A stretch of 64,000 nucleotides of DNA from an uncultured Candidatus Saccharibacteria bacterium (GCA_964432275.1 CAYSMH010000001.1:11191-75190), one strand, 5' to 3'. Positions 18,293-27,883 are shown, counted from the stretch's first letter. A program made the numbers and translations. The notes: generated from the sequence alone by a model not told the origin.

Positions 18293-19432
18293 CTACTGCT
18301 GGGTGAAGTACTGAACCCCCAATGATCCAAATATGGCTCCATTGAATGATTTGGTACTCTGTCCAGGAATAGCGGAAAATACTGATCCTACATTTGCCCA
18401 TGGTAAGTTGGAGATAGTACCTCCTGAGGTAGAGTTTTGTGTGGGAGTAATTTTTACATTACCTCCAGCTCCAGCGATGTTTAGAAATCCGGTTGGAATA
18501 AATACAGGATCCTGTGCGAGTATTTCTACTGCGATACCATTACCGCTATTGCGGAGTCCTGCTGGGGTGAAGTATGGAACAAACGTATATGTCTCACCAG
18601 GCGGAATGCGTTGATCCCGTGTTCCTGTAACATACGAAACATATACCGTGTTGGCACCTTCTCTCACTGTGTCTATGACCTGCGAACCTTTTACAAAGTC
18701 CACACGATTGTTCACATCAGATCCATTTACATACCATCCCAAATCATACACAGTCAAAGTGTCGTTGTTTCCTACGTCTGTAATAGTTATCACCATTGTA
18801 AACTGCGGGAAACTCATTGGGCTGGTGCCAGGATTTGTAATTTTTAACTCATACGCCTGCATAGGAACACTATCCTCGAGAAATACTCCGGTAATGTTGT
18901 GTCGAGTAAGTACAGGTACTGCTTCATAAGGCGAAAAATTAATTCGTTGTCCGACCGCCGTCAAAGAAGGTGAGCCGTCCATGAAATCAACAGTAACACT
19001 CATTTGAAGATATCCGTACGCAGAAGGATCTACATCACCGTACAGTACAACTTTGTACGTTGTATCTGTTTCGGAAACTGTCAGTGATCCTCCAGGGCCT
19101 GGTATGTTTTCACTCATAGGACCAGGTCGAACCTGAGAAAAATACTCAATAGATGAACCTTTCATTACATAGAATGAAAAATTCTTCAGCTTTGCAAAAT
19201 CAATATCGGTTTCAGTTCCAAAACTAAAACTCACTGGTTTACGTTGGCTGGTGTAAGTTATTTCAAATCGTCCAATACCTGTATTTGTTTGCCCTATCAG
19301 GGTTCCTGGATTGTACGACCCATCAACTCTCAATGAAACATCGGTTGGTGGTTGAATGGTAATAGGTTCCTGTTTTTCACAAGACCCAAAAAGCATAAGT
19401 GCAGAGGCACAATAAAATGCGATTTTTTTCAT
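18293..19432 (-). CDS. hypothetical lipoprotein or secreted beta-rich protein (379 aa)
   Basis: Signal peptide MKKIAFYCASALMLFGSC. Promoter TTGACT-17-TAATAT with an approximately 75-nt structured leader. Confidence 0.55.
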   Translation of the reverse strand: MKKIAFYCASALMLFGSCEKQEPITIQPPTDVSLRVDGSYNPGTLIGQTNTGIGRFEITYTSQRKPVSFSFGTETDIDFAKLKNFSFYVMKGSSIEYFSQVRPGPMSENIPGPGGSLTVSETDTTYKVVLYGDVDPSAYGYLQMSVTVDFMDGSPSLTAVGQRINFSPYEAVPVLTRHNITGVFLEDSVPMQAYELKITNPGTSPMSFPQFTMVITITDVGNNDTLTVYDLGWYVNGSDVNNRVDFVKGSQVIDTVREGANTVYVSYVTGTRDQRIPPGETYTFVPYFTPAGLRNSGNGIAVEILAQDPVFIPTGFLNIAGAGGNVKITPTQNSTSGGTISNLPWANVGSVFSAIPGQSTKSFNGAIFGSLGVQYFTQQ

Positions 19433-19535
19433 ATTGATTGTTTTATAGTTTTTGAAATGAGCTTATCCTCTGAACGGCAGAGGTACCCGGTTTGACTATA
19501 TATTAGCATATATTTAAGAAAAAGTCAATATCTTG

Positions 19536-19608
19536 TCCGCCCGCATGGACTTGAACCATGGACCACCGAGGTATAAGCTCGGCGCTCTACCAACTGAGCT
19601 ACAGGCGG
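19536..19608 (-). tRNA. tRNA-Ile with UAU anticodon (AUA decoder; could be a misread of Ile2/LAU or a mnm5U-modified UAU)
   Basis: Reverse complement CCGCCTGTAGCTCAGTTGGTAGAGCGCCGAGCTTATACCTCGGTGGTCCATGGTTCAAGTCCATGCGGGCGGA. Acceptor 7 bp with a G-U pair, anticodon loop CTTATAC, canonical D and T arms. Confidence 0.7.
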
Positions 19609-19689
19609 AGAACCAGTCAATTCTATACGCGACTGAGAAAAAAAGAAACCCTTGTACTACCCTTTCTATATATCTGGTACAATCCGTAT

Positions 19690-20166
19690 ATGATGAATGA
19701 ATTTGTAGCAAAAAAACTTGGAGAAGTATTGGCATTTACTAGCGTAGGTACCGACACGATAGAGCGTGGACGTGCTGCTCTCGTCGAGGCACTCGGTGCC
19801 GACAAGGTACAAGAGATGGAAGAAAAAAATCGCCTCCATGGCGAAACAGTGGTCAAGGTCGCGACAGAAGCAGGTGTCATCGATACGACACTCGCCAAAG
19901 CTGAAAAGACTGGGGACAAACTCAAAGCTATGCGCGACATGTATGTCGGCGATCAGTGGGACAATGCGACTGAGCTTCTCGAGTGGAGTGGGTTTTTCGA
20001 AGGAGCAGCGATCGTGCACTGGGGACTCGTCAAAGGTGTCGCAGAATCCCTCAACAACGAAGACCTCCTCCTCTTGTCCCAAGAAGCAATCACCTGGCAC
20101 TACGAACTCCTCGAGCTCGTAGAAACCGAACTTCAAGCGAAAGGTGCCGACAAAGCTACGGCGTAA
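19690..20166 (+). CDS. hypothetical protein (158 aa), possibly ferritin-like helical
   Basis: Start at MMNEF. The ORF-track N-terminus overlaps the tRNA and is rejected. Extended -10 TGGTACAAT lies 6 nt upstream of the ATG. Confidence 0.5.
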   Translation: MMNEFVAKKLGEVLAFTSVGTDTIERGRAALVEALGADKVQEMEEKNRLHGETVVKVATEAGVIDTTLAKAEKTGDKLKAMRDMYVGDQWDNATELLEWSGFFEGAAIVHWGLVKGVAESLNNEDLLLLSQEAITWHYELLELVETELQAKGADKATA

Positions 20167-21151
20167 ATGTTTTTGTCACCAGCATACTCTGATCAAATGA
20201 AGTAAGTGGTTGTGGGATAAATTGACGAGACAAGGTACTCACGTGTTCTATATGGGTGAGTAGTTTTGTTTCTGGGTCAATGGTAACTGTCGCAACCATA
20301 CCTCGCATCGTATGTGGCGAAAAGTACTGATCGAAAATAAAGTTGCCGAGACTATAGTAGATGAGCTTGCCGTTGTACTCCTCAAGTGCCTGCATCACAT
20401 GTGGATGATGCCCCACCACGATGTCGGCCCCTGCGTCGACAAGCGAACGCGCCATCGTTTTTTGTCGAGTACTCGCTGGAGAGTATTCGTTGCCCCAGTG
20501 CACCGACACAACTAGTATGTCGACTTGTTCTTGTGCACGAGCAACTATGTCTGTCATGTCGGGATCTGACGCAAGTAGTATGCCAGGCTTGGTATCAGTT
20601 GCAGCAAGCCAGTTAGGACCGACGTCGGTTGCTGCCAAGAACCCAACTTTGGTACCACGCACATCGATGACGGTAGGTGTGACTACGTCACCGTAGCGCT
20701 CTCCCGCTCCTGCGTAAAGAATGTTATTTGTCGTAAGTTGTGCAAGTGACTCGAGAAACCCCTCCATTGCATAATCCCCTACATGGTTGTTTGCAAATGA
20801 CACAATATCAAACCCGGCATCACGAAGAGCCTCAAGACTCACCGGGTTCATACGGAACGAAAACCGACTACCCACATTTCTCCCACCATATGCCACCGAT
20901 CCTTCAAAGTTCCCAAATGTAATATCAGACTCGCCAAGATACGACGTGTTGATAAACAGTGCGCCATACTCTCCCCCAAACATATTTTCAATGCTGCGCC
21001 TGACTCCTCGATCCATCATGATGTCTCCGACCAAGGTAATAGTGACCGGGTCAGGTTTTGGGGTAGGAAACATTGTTGTTGGTGCATCAGTACGAAGTAC
21101 CACAAGCGCCAACACGGCAACTACAACGATCGTGGAGATAACTTTTTTCAT
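20156..21151 (-). CDS. capA: CapA/PgsA-family metallophosphatase (poly-gamma-glutamate/capsule synthesis-like)
   Basis: GDIMMDR, FGNFEG, ANNHVGDYA, VVSVHWGNEY, and GHHPHV motifs; N-terminal TM/signal anchor. Confidence 0.75.
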   Translation of the reverse strand: MKKVISTIVVVAVLALVVLRTDAPTTMFPTPKPDPVTITLVGDIMMDRGVRRSIENMFGGEYGALFINTSYLGESDITFGNFEGSVAYGGRNVGSRFSFRMNPVSLEALRDAGFDIVSFANNHVGDYAMEGFLESLAQLTTNNILYAGAGERYGDVVTPTVIDVRGTKVGFLAATDVGPNWLAATDTKPGILLASDPDMTDIVARAQEQVDILVVSVHWGNEYSPASTRQKTMARSLVDAGADIVVGHHPHVMQALEEYNGKLIYYSLGNFIFDQYFSPHTMRGMVATVTIDPETKLLTHIEHVSTLSRQFIPQPLTSFDQSMLVTKTFTP

Positions 21152-21154
21152 AGA

Positions 21155-23023
21155 TTACTCTTCTTTCTTTTTCAGAGGAATGCCGTGTGCAGTGAGTATT
21201 GCTTCGTATTCAGGCTGTTCAAGTGTTTCTACCTCTATAAGTTTCTTTGCGATAAGGTCAAGTAGTGGGCGATGTTCCTCAAGAATTGTTGACGCTTTTG
21301 CTAACGCTTCATCAAGAATACGCTTAACTTCTTGTCCTATCATTCGTGCAGAATCATGATCGGGTCGATTGCGATCAAACTCTTCACCAAACACTCCTCG
21401 TCCACCCTCTACTTCTAGAGCAACTGGTCCGATCATATCACTCATTCCCCATCGAGTAACCATCGCACGGGCAAGACCTGTAGCAACTTGTAAATCGTTC
21501 GATGGTCCAGTAGTTGTATCCCCGTACACAAGTTTCTCTGCAGCATAGCCCCCCATAGACATTGCAATATCATCAAGAAACTCAGCTTTGGTTTGTAATT
21601 TACGATCCTCAAGTGGAATCTTCATGGTATAGCCACCTGCACGACCGCGTGCAACGATTGATATCTTGTGCACAGGGTCTGCATATGGAAGCACTGATGC
21701 AACAAGTGCATGTCCTGCTTCATGATATGCAGTGAGTTCTTTTTCTCGTTTGGTAAACAAATGACTTTTACGTTCTGGACCCATCAATACTTTTTCAATA
21801 GATCGTACGAGATCAAACTGAGAAATCTTTTTTCTATTTTCTCTCGCTGCAAGAATAGCTCCTTCGTTCATAAGAGAGAAAAGATCTGCACCAGAGAATC
21901 CAGGTGTTCTTTCTGCGATAATCTTGAGATTTACATCTTCCGCAAACGGTTTCTTGGTTGCGTGTACTTGAAGTATTTCTTCACGATCTCGACGGTCCGG
22001 TAAATCAAGAATAACGCGACGATCAAAACGGCCTGGGCGCAAAAGTGCCGGATCAAGCACATCGCTACGGTTTGTCGCAGCAATCATGATCACCTTGTCG
22101 TTGGGCTCAAAGCCATCCATTTCCACAAGTATCTGGTTGAGCGTCTGCTCACGTTCGTCGTTTCCTCCTCCATATCCTGAACCACGAATACGCCCTACTG
22201 CATCAATCTCATCAATAAAGATAATTGCTGGAGCTGCACGCTTTGCCATTTTGAACAGATCACGAACACGACTTGCTCCTACACCGACAAACATTTCTAC
22301 AAACTCAGATCCTGATAGATGGAAAAATGGTACATTTGCTTCCCCTGCTACTGCGCGTGCAAGCAATGTTTTACCAGTACCAGGACTTCCGGTGAGAAGT
22401 ACACCTTTGGGAATACGAGCACCTATATCAAGAAACTTTTTTGGGTTTTTCAGAAAATCAACTATTTCTTTGAGCTCTTCTTTAGCTTCACGAGCTCCTG
22501 CGACATCTTTGAAGGTAACCTTGTTATTCTTGTCATTGGGATCAGTGACACGTGCCTTGGACTGACCAAAACTAAATGCTTGCATCCCAGCACCTTTTGC
22601 TTGACGTGAAAGCATCCAAAAGAAAAAAACGATAAGTACTACTGGTAGTATGATCGGAAGTATCGAAAGGAAAAAGAATCCTGCTGATGACTGCGATGCA
22701 ATAGAAATATCTACTGCTGCAAACTTGGTCGCATCGACACCATAACTGATCAATGTTTCAGTCAATGCTGCATCGGGCTCTTTCTTGGATGTTAGTACAG
22801 TCTCATCAGTTTTAGTTATAGAAAGATCCCCTCCATCAATACTAATAGCTGTCACTTCTCCAGCGCTAACCATACGAGCGACCTCAGTAATACTGACCTC
22901 GGCAGGTTTGCCGGTACCGACACGGGTGACCGCTGAATACAATATGCTAATACCTACAAATATAAGTACTGTGGTAAATAAATATGATGACAACGGGCGC
23001 TTTGGTTTCTGTTTGGATGACAT
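21155..23023 (-). CDS. ftsH: ATP-dependent zinc metalloprotease FtsH
   Basis: AAA+ [17 protein letters not shown], an SRH region, and Zn-binding HEAGHALV. The MSSKQK start at 23023 is chosen because TGCTATACT lies 9 nt upstream. Confidence 0.9.
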   Translation of the reverse strand: MSSKQKPKRPLSSYLFTTVLIFVGISILYSAVTRVGTGKPAEVSITEVARMVSAGEVTAISIDGGDLSITKTDETVLTSKKEPDAALTETLISYGVDATKFAAVDISIASQSSAGFFFLSILPIILPVVLIVFFFWMLSRQAKGAGMQAFSFGQSKARVTDPNDKNNKVTFKDVAGAREAKEELKEIVDFLKNPKKFLDIGARIPKGVLLTGSPGTGKTLLARAVAGEANVPFFHLSGSEFVEMFVGVGASRVRDLFKMAKRAAPAIIFIDEIDAVGRIRGSGYGGGNDEREQTLNQILVEMDGFEPNDKVIMIAATNRSDVLDPALLRPGRFDRRVILDLPDRRDREEILQVHATKKPFAEDVNLKIIAERTPGFSGADLFSLMNEGAILAARENRKKISQFDLVRSIEKVLMGPERKSHLFTKREKELTAYHEAGHALVASVLPYADPVHKISIVARGRAGGYTMKIPLEDRKLQTKAEFLDDIAMSMGGYAAEKLVYGDTTTGPSNDLQVATGLARAMVTRWGMSDMIGPVALEVEGGRGVFGEEFDRNRPDHDSARMIGQEVKRILDEALAKASTILEEHRPLLDLIAKKLIEVETLEQPEYEAILTAHGIPLKKKEE

Positions 23024-23032
23024 AGTCCCCAC

Positions 23033-23041
23033 AGTATAGCA
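23033..23041 (-). promoter_or_regulatory. extended -10 TGCTATACT (ftsH)
   Basis: Exact 9-mer immediately after the upstream terminator hairpin AAACCACCCtttaTGGGTGGTTTTT (23040-23068). Confidence 0.6.
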
Positions 23042-23080
23042 AAAACCACCCATAAAGGGTGGTTTTTGAATTTAGAGAAG

Positions 23081-25657
23081 TTATTTAACAAGCTTCTGAG
23101 CTTGATCAATCAGTCGAAGCGCTTCGGCTGAAGTTGAGGCACGAGATGCTTGCTGAAGAAGCTCAAGTGCTTCCAAGGAACTTATATCGCTAGACGTAGT
23201 CGTAGCAGCAGCTACCGTAGCACGTGCTGTTGTCGAGCCAGTGTACTCTCGAAGATATTGTCCGACAACCCATCCGTCTGGAGCTGTTGGGAAATCAAGT
23301 TTCCACCATGTATAGCCGTTGGCAGTGACTGGTCCACCAATGATTGTACCAATAGCGTTTCTTGATTGCTGTCCAAGAATGGTTCCTCCAATCCAGGTTG
23401 TTGGGTTGCTACGAACGTTTACTCGAGTACCAGTAATGATCATCATTGGCGCTGTAGGAGTAGTCACTGTAGGAGTAGTCACACTTACAGGAGTCGACTG
23501 CGCTGTTTCGTTACAGTCACATGGATAGATAGCTGACACTGCATATGTATAGGTAGTACCCGCAGCAAGTCCTGTGTCAGTGTAGGTAGTAGCTTGTCCG
23601 ACGATGTGACCAATGTTACCGCCATTTCTCCAAAGTTCATATCCGTACACAGTACCACTTGAATTCCATGAGAGAGCAACTGTTGTTGGAGATGTGGCAA
23701 CTGCAGTGAGTCCTGTCGGTACTGTTGGATCTGGAGGGGTTACTGTATTGTTGACAGTGATAGAACGAGTTGCGGTGCTTGTGTTGCCAGCTGCATCACG
23801 TGCGACTGCAGTCCAAGTATGTGGACCATTTGCAACACCTGTGGAGATAAAGGTTGCACCATATGGAGCAGTAGTATCAGTAGTATGCAGAATACCATCG
23901 AGACTAAACGCAACACTTGCAACTCCGACATTGTCAGATGCATCTGCAGTGATTGCGACTGTACCAACAACGGTTGCACCAGATGCAGGACTTGTGAATG
24001 TAACTGTTGGAGCTGTTGTATCTGCAGGAGGAGTCACAGTGTTGTTGACAGTAACTGTTACCGCTGAAGTGTTTGTGTTGCCAGCTGCATCACGTGCGAC
24101 TGCAGAAAGAGTGTAACTACCATTTGTAACCGTTGTAGTGTTCCATGTCATTGAGTATGGAGCAGTAGTATCTTCAGATCCTGCATTTGCACCATTGAGT
24201 TTAAACTGTACCCCAGCAACACCAGTGTTGTCAGATGCGTTCGCAGAAAGAGTGATAGTACCAGAGACAGTTGATCCACTAGTTGGAGCAGTCATAGTAA
24301 CAGAAGGAGCAGTAGTATCAGGAGTTGGTGTTCCACCTGTTTGTTCAAATGGACCAATATCAACAGCATTACCTTGCGGAACAGTGTTACCTGCAAAGTC
24401 AGAACTTTGTCCTACCGATGTTCCTGCATCAATCGCAATAGACCCAGTCACAGGACGATAATCCCAGTCAACAGCATTACCTGAGGTGTTTGCAAAAAGG
24501 GTTCCTGAAGTGGTCTTTTCGGTACTATCAAGTCCTGATGGCGCAATACTACCATTTGAGAGTTTATATATGTTGTTAGTGTGTGTAATTCCTGTCCAAG
24601 AGTTTGCAACATCAATACCTGTTGAGAGGTTGAAAATGTTGTTTTTGAGGATAAGTGTTCCTGGTTGCATCGTTGCAGCACTCCAGATCAAGCGACTTTC
24701 TCCAAGTCTACCTTGCACATTTTCAACAATGACGTTGTTGTAGAACTGAATGTTTGAAATACTCGTACTAAACGCTCCACTGTTTTGCATCGCAACGATA
24801 CTTTCGTTGTTGATGAGTTTGTTGTACGCCATGATGTTGTTACTTGCACCACCACTTCCACTACTACCAATCTCCATCAATCCATTGTTATCACTCATTG
24901 TGTTGTACGCAATGATGTTGTTGTTGACACCAGAACCAAAGAGTTCTACTGCACCACCATCGTATCCGAAGTCATAACTTGTTGCCCAGTTGTCATGGAA
25001 GTTGTTGTAAATGATTTTGTTGTTTGCAGATGAAATCACCACAGGGTTTGCACCGTAGTCATCATAACCACCGTCATTGTCATCAACAACCATTCGAGTG
25101 TTACCGATATCACATCGCTCAATAGTGTTGTTTGGACCTTCCATATATACACCAACACCTACAAGAGACATGGCACAGTTTTTGATTACGATATTATTTG
25201 CAGAGCCATAGATCACATATGCACGACGAATCTTTGCATCCTGTGATCGATCAGTAGGACTAAGTGTCGGATCAGTAATAGTAATACCATCAAAGGTAAT
25301 ATATGAGCGCCCACTTGGGATGGTCACGAGTGCTTCAATAGTACTACCTGTACCGATAAATGCAGGTGCTGCTCCAGTACCGTATGTATTGAAGGTGATA
25401 GGGTTTCCTGCGGTACCTGATCGGTTAATCGTAATCGTACCACTATAGGTAGTACCACGTTTGAAGCTGACAATATCTCCTGGCTGAAGGGTTGCGCTTC
25501 CTACTTGAGAAAGTGTTTTCCATGGAGTTGCAAGAGATCCATTTGCAGTAGTTGCGGTAGAGGTTGAGTCTACGTAATACTGAGCTGCATGTGCTGCATT
25601 GGTAAGACCAAAGAGGACAGCAAGTGAAAGAACTGTTAATCGAATGAAATATTTCAT
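23081..25657 (-). CDS. large secreted protein: right-handed beta-helix (pectate-lyase fold) plus two Ig-like repeats plus FN3 plus SH3b-like domain
   Basis: Signal peptide ending AHAA. Beta-helix repeats NN[IV]I.NN...; two ~100-aa repeats (TAPSVTMTAPTSGSTVSGTITLSANASDNTGVAGV... and TAPTVTFTSPASGATVVGTVAITADASDNVGVAS...); FN3-like (LTAVATSPTTVALSW); SH3b-like (GTRVNVRSNPTTWIGGTILG...YTWWKL). Confidence 0.65.
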   Translation of the reverse strand: MKYFIRLTVLSLAVLFGLTNAAHAAQYYVDSTSTATTANGSLATPWKTLSQVGSATLQPGDIVSFKRGTTYSGTITINRSGTAGNPITFNTYGTGAAPAFIGTGSTIEALVTIPSGRSYITFDGITITDPTLSPTDRSQDAKIRRAYVIYGSANNIVIKNCAMSLVGVGVYMEGPNNTIERCDIGNTRMVVDDNDGGYDDYGANPVVISSANNKIIYNNFHDNWATSYDFGYDGGAVELFGSGVNNNIIAYNTMSDNNGLMEIGSSGSGGASNNIMAYNKLINNESIVAMQNSGAFSTSISNIQFYNNVIVENVQGRLGESRLIWSAATMQPGTLILKNNIFNLSTGIDVANSWTGITHTNNIYKLSNGSIAPSGLDSTEKTTSGTLFANTSGNAVDWDYRPVTGSIAIDAGTSVGQSSDFAGNTVPQGNAVDIGPFEQTGGTPTPDTTAPSVTMTAPTSGSTVSGTITLSANASDNTGVAGVQFKLNGANAGSEDTTAPYSMTWNTTTVTNGSYTLSAVARDAAGNTNTSAVTVTVNNTVTPPADTTAPTVTFTSPASGATVVGTVAITADASDNVGVASVAFSLDGILHTTDTTAPYGATFISTGVANGPHTWTAVARDAAGNTSTATRSITVNNTVTPPDPTVPTGLTAVATSPTTVALSWNSSGTVYGYELWRNGGNIGHIVGQATTYTDTGLAAGTTYTYAVSAIYPCDCNETAQSTPVSVTTPTVTTPTAPMMIITGTRVNVRSNPTTWIGGTILGQQSRNAIGTIIGGPVTANGYTWWKLDFPTAPDGWVVGQYLREYTGSTTARATVAAATTTSSDISSLEALELLQQASRASTSAEALRLIDQAQKLVK
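23700..24300 (-). repeat. tandem ~300-bp repeat (two Ig-like domain units) inside the beta-helix protein gene
   Basis: Near-identical DNA blocks, e.g. TGTGTTGCCAGCTGCATCACGTGCGACTGCAG at about 23781 and about 24081. Confidence 0.6.
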
Positions 25658-25771
25658 AATGGTAAACTAAACTATTGTTTTATACGGTACCTACTAATAA
25701 CTCTATAATGATACCAAGCATACATAGACCACACAACCACTAATCCCCACCTCCGTGATACTATCTACTCT

Positions 25772-26206
25772 ATGGAATATCTCCGAAACAAAAAAGCTAC
25801 CTTTGATTACCATCTCGATGATACTATCGAGGCTGGTATCGCCCTGCTCGGTACTGAGGTAAAGAGTGTCAAAGCTCATCATGGATCACTCTCAGGTGCA
25901 TACATATCCATAGTAGATAACACACTAGTCCTCCTCGGTGCACATATACCTGCCTGGCAAGAAAAAAACGTTCCTGCAACGTTTGACCCCTACCGAACCC
26001 GTACGCTACTAGTACATAAAAAGGAGCTTGCAGAACTTGCAAAACAACTCAAAACGAAAGGTTTGACTATCATACCCGTCTCCCTGTATGGTAAGGGCAC
26101 GGGTATCAAGATACAGATTGCCATTGCCCGAGGAAAGAAGACCTTTGATAAACGAGAGACTATCAAGAAACGAGACCTCGATCGAGAGATCCGTCGTGGA
26201 GAATAG
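25772..26206 (+). CDS. smpB: SsrA-binding protein SmpB
   Basis: NKKATFDYHLDDTIEAGIALLGTEVKSVK... is the SmpB signature. TGATACTAT lies 7 nt upstream of the ATG. Confidence 0.9.
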   Translation: MEYLRNKKATFDYHLDDTIEAGIALLGTEVKSVKAHHGSLSGAYISIVDNTLVLLGAHIPAWQEKNVPATFDPYRTRTLLVHKKELAELAKQLKTKGLTIIPVSLYGKGTGIKIQIAIARGKKTFDKRETIKKRDLDREIRRGE

Positions 26207-26217
26207 TCACTATATAT

Positions 26218-26611
26218 GGGGATGCTTGGTTTCGACATCATACATGTCGATCTACTCATGCATGCCGAGCATGGACGTACTCTCGTAAACCGTCGTCCAT
26301 ACACGATATCTGGCAACAGCATCGCTAAGATCAAGTCACCATTTGCTCCGGCATTTGGCTTGGTTCCTCAGTTCGCCTAACTTAGGTCAACGAGGTGTCA
26401 CTTTGGTAGACTTCCGATATACCATATGTGGCAACATTCATCGGGATAGGTCGTGCGCCTCGCTTCGAGCGCTCACCAAACCATAGAAGCTCGGGAAAGA
26501 TGCCGTTTTGTGCAATCTTGAGGTACTTTCCTAACGACGAGACTGCACTACGCATGGAGAAATGATAGATCAGGTACGATGCACGGGGGTTCGATTCCCC
26601 CCATCTCCACA
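26218..26611 (+). ncRNA. ssrA: tmRNA (ssrA)
   Basis: 5' end GGGGATGCTTGGTTTCGACA and 3' end GGGGGTTCGATTCCCCCCATCTCCACA form a tRNA-like domain. It lies directly downstream of smpB. The candidate tag reading frame ends ...GLVPQFA then TAA (about 26372-26375). Confidence 0.8.
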
Positions 26612-26687
26612 CTTGATTTATTTGTATAATATGTAATAATAATCAGAAATCATCTTTTTACATTCACATCAAACCCCTTTTACTGTT

Positions 26688-27050
26688 ATGAGTAGTATTT
26701 CAACTATCATCAATCGGGCGTCGGAACAAACAACCTCCGCAAGTCCTTTTTCTTTCCTACGTAAAAAAAAACCTGTAAACCTTGATCCGACATTTCCTGA
26801 TTCTCGCAAAAACTACACCTATGAGATAGGTAAAGAAATTTCTCTACACATGAAAGCAAACGGTATTACATTTGCGACAATAACCACCAAATCACAAACA
26901 GGTGTAACAAAAAAACCTATTGTTCATTTACGAAGTCTTAAAAGAAATCATCCTGAGTTACTAAGACACGTAACACCTCAACACCCGGATCTTTCCCAAC
27001 ACCTTTACGATGGACACTATATCGTAAACCCATCATCTTTAACTACATAA
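26688..27050 (+). CDS. hypothetical protein (120 aa)
   Basis: ORF with a TGTATAAT-like -10 at 26621-26630 and a terminator at 27070-27112 (CCCCTGAAgaacaTTCAGGGGG followed by TTTTTT). Confidence 0.45.
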   Translation: MSSISTIINRASEQTTSASPFSFLRKKKPVNLDPTFPDSRKNYTYEIGKEISLHMKANGITFATITTKSQTGVTKKPIVHLRSLKRNHPELLRHVTPQHPDLSQHLYDGHYIVNPSSLTT

Positions 27051-27106
27051 TACTAAGCTATGCAGTTAAAAACCCTAGGACCCCTGAAGAACATTCAGGG
27101 GGTTTT

Positions 27107-27883
27107 TTATTTCCCATTTCCTACTGAGTAGGATCCTATCGCGGTGCGGATAATGCGGTATGCCATAGCTGGTACCCCAAGCTGCTCTCCCATCCACGCA
27201 GCCAGTGAACGCATATAGGTACCAGATGATGCAGTAATAGTAAGTTGGATAACTGGAAGTGCGATATTTGAATACTTACTCGCAATCTCTACCCATCGAC
27301 CAATGATCTCTTGCTGACGGAAATCTCCGACCACTTTTTCGATATCTCGTATTGCATCAGTGGCAAGGTCTTTTACTTCCCTATTTTTAATACTTTTTAA
27401 CATTACTTGTTTTATATGCACGTTCTTTATGGGTATGTCCACCTCTCTTCCTGCACGAGCATGGACAAATAGCGCTTGCCCTTTCACAGGCACCGACGAA
27501 TACATAGGGTACGGGAGCTGGGTGATAGTGTGCATTTTTTGCACTATTTCTTTGATTTCTGACTCTGAAATGTCTTTTGATACCGGATCAGTGACTATAC
27601 CAAGCGGGTCGTGAGTATCGGATCCTATACCTAGCAGTACATCTACTGTGTATGTCTTTTCGAGTCCTAAAAGTTTATCTTTTTGAAATCGATCTTCACC
27701 AGCAAGTACTAGTACCACCCCTTCAGCCATAGGGTCCAACCGTCCTGCATAGGTGAGTTTGGTATCTGGAGCTAGATTGCGCTCTATACGAAAACGCTCG
27801 AGAAGCACAGCAAGCGTCTCTCCTCGTTCTTTATATAGAGGGTATGTACCTCTAAAACCATTTGATACTAATTGACTTTTCAT
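27107..27883 (-). CDS. truB: tRNA pseudouridine(55) synthase TruB-like
   Basis: YAGRLDPMAEGVVLVL catalytic-Asp motif; PUA-less short form. Confidence 0.7.
   Translation of the reverse strand: MKSQLVSNGFRGTYPLYKERGETLAVLLERFRIERNLAPDTKLTYAGRLDPMAEGVVLVLAGEDRFQKDKLLGLEKTYTVDVLLGIGSDTHDPLGIVTDPVSKDISESEIKEIVQKMHTITQLPYPMYSSVPVKGQALFVHARAGREVDIPIKNVHIKQVMLKSIKNREVKDLATDAIRDIEKVVGDFRQQEIIGRWVEIASKYSNIALPVIQLTITASSGTYMRSLAAWMGEQLGVPAMAYRIIRTAIGSYSVGNGK

Noticed and set aside
19433-19535. Searched by eye for a direct repeat of the tRNA-Ile or tmRNA 3' end that would delimit an integrated element
   Set aside because: No convincing att-like repeat was found. The island hypothesis rests on composition and gene content only.
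19558-19689. N-terminal 44 codons of ORF 19558..20166
   Set aside because: They overlap tRNA-Ile on the opposite strand. An ATG at 19690 with an extended -10 6 nt upstream gives a sensible start.
23024-23053. ORF-track N-terminal extension of ftsH (MGGFCYTVGT...); similar extensions occur for secY, tuf, rpsL, rplX, recJ, rnhA, dgkA, ndh, and the 7142 gene
   Set aside because: The extensions run through terminator hairpins or -10 elements, or overlap upstream genes. Internal ATGs that follow TGCTATACT-like elements or match conserved N-termini were preferred.
25990-26612. Minus-strand ORFs 25990..26334 and 26382..26612 (114 and 76 aa)
   Set aside because: They lie antisense across the smpB 3' end and the tmRNA gene, which has clear structural hallmarks; they are treated as spurious.
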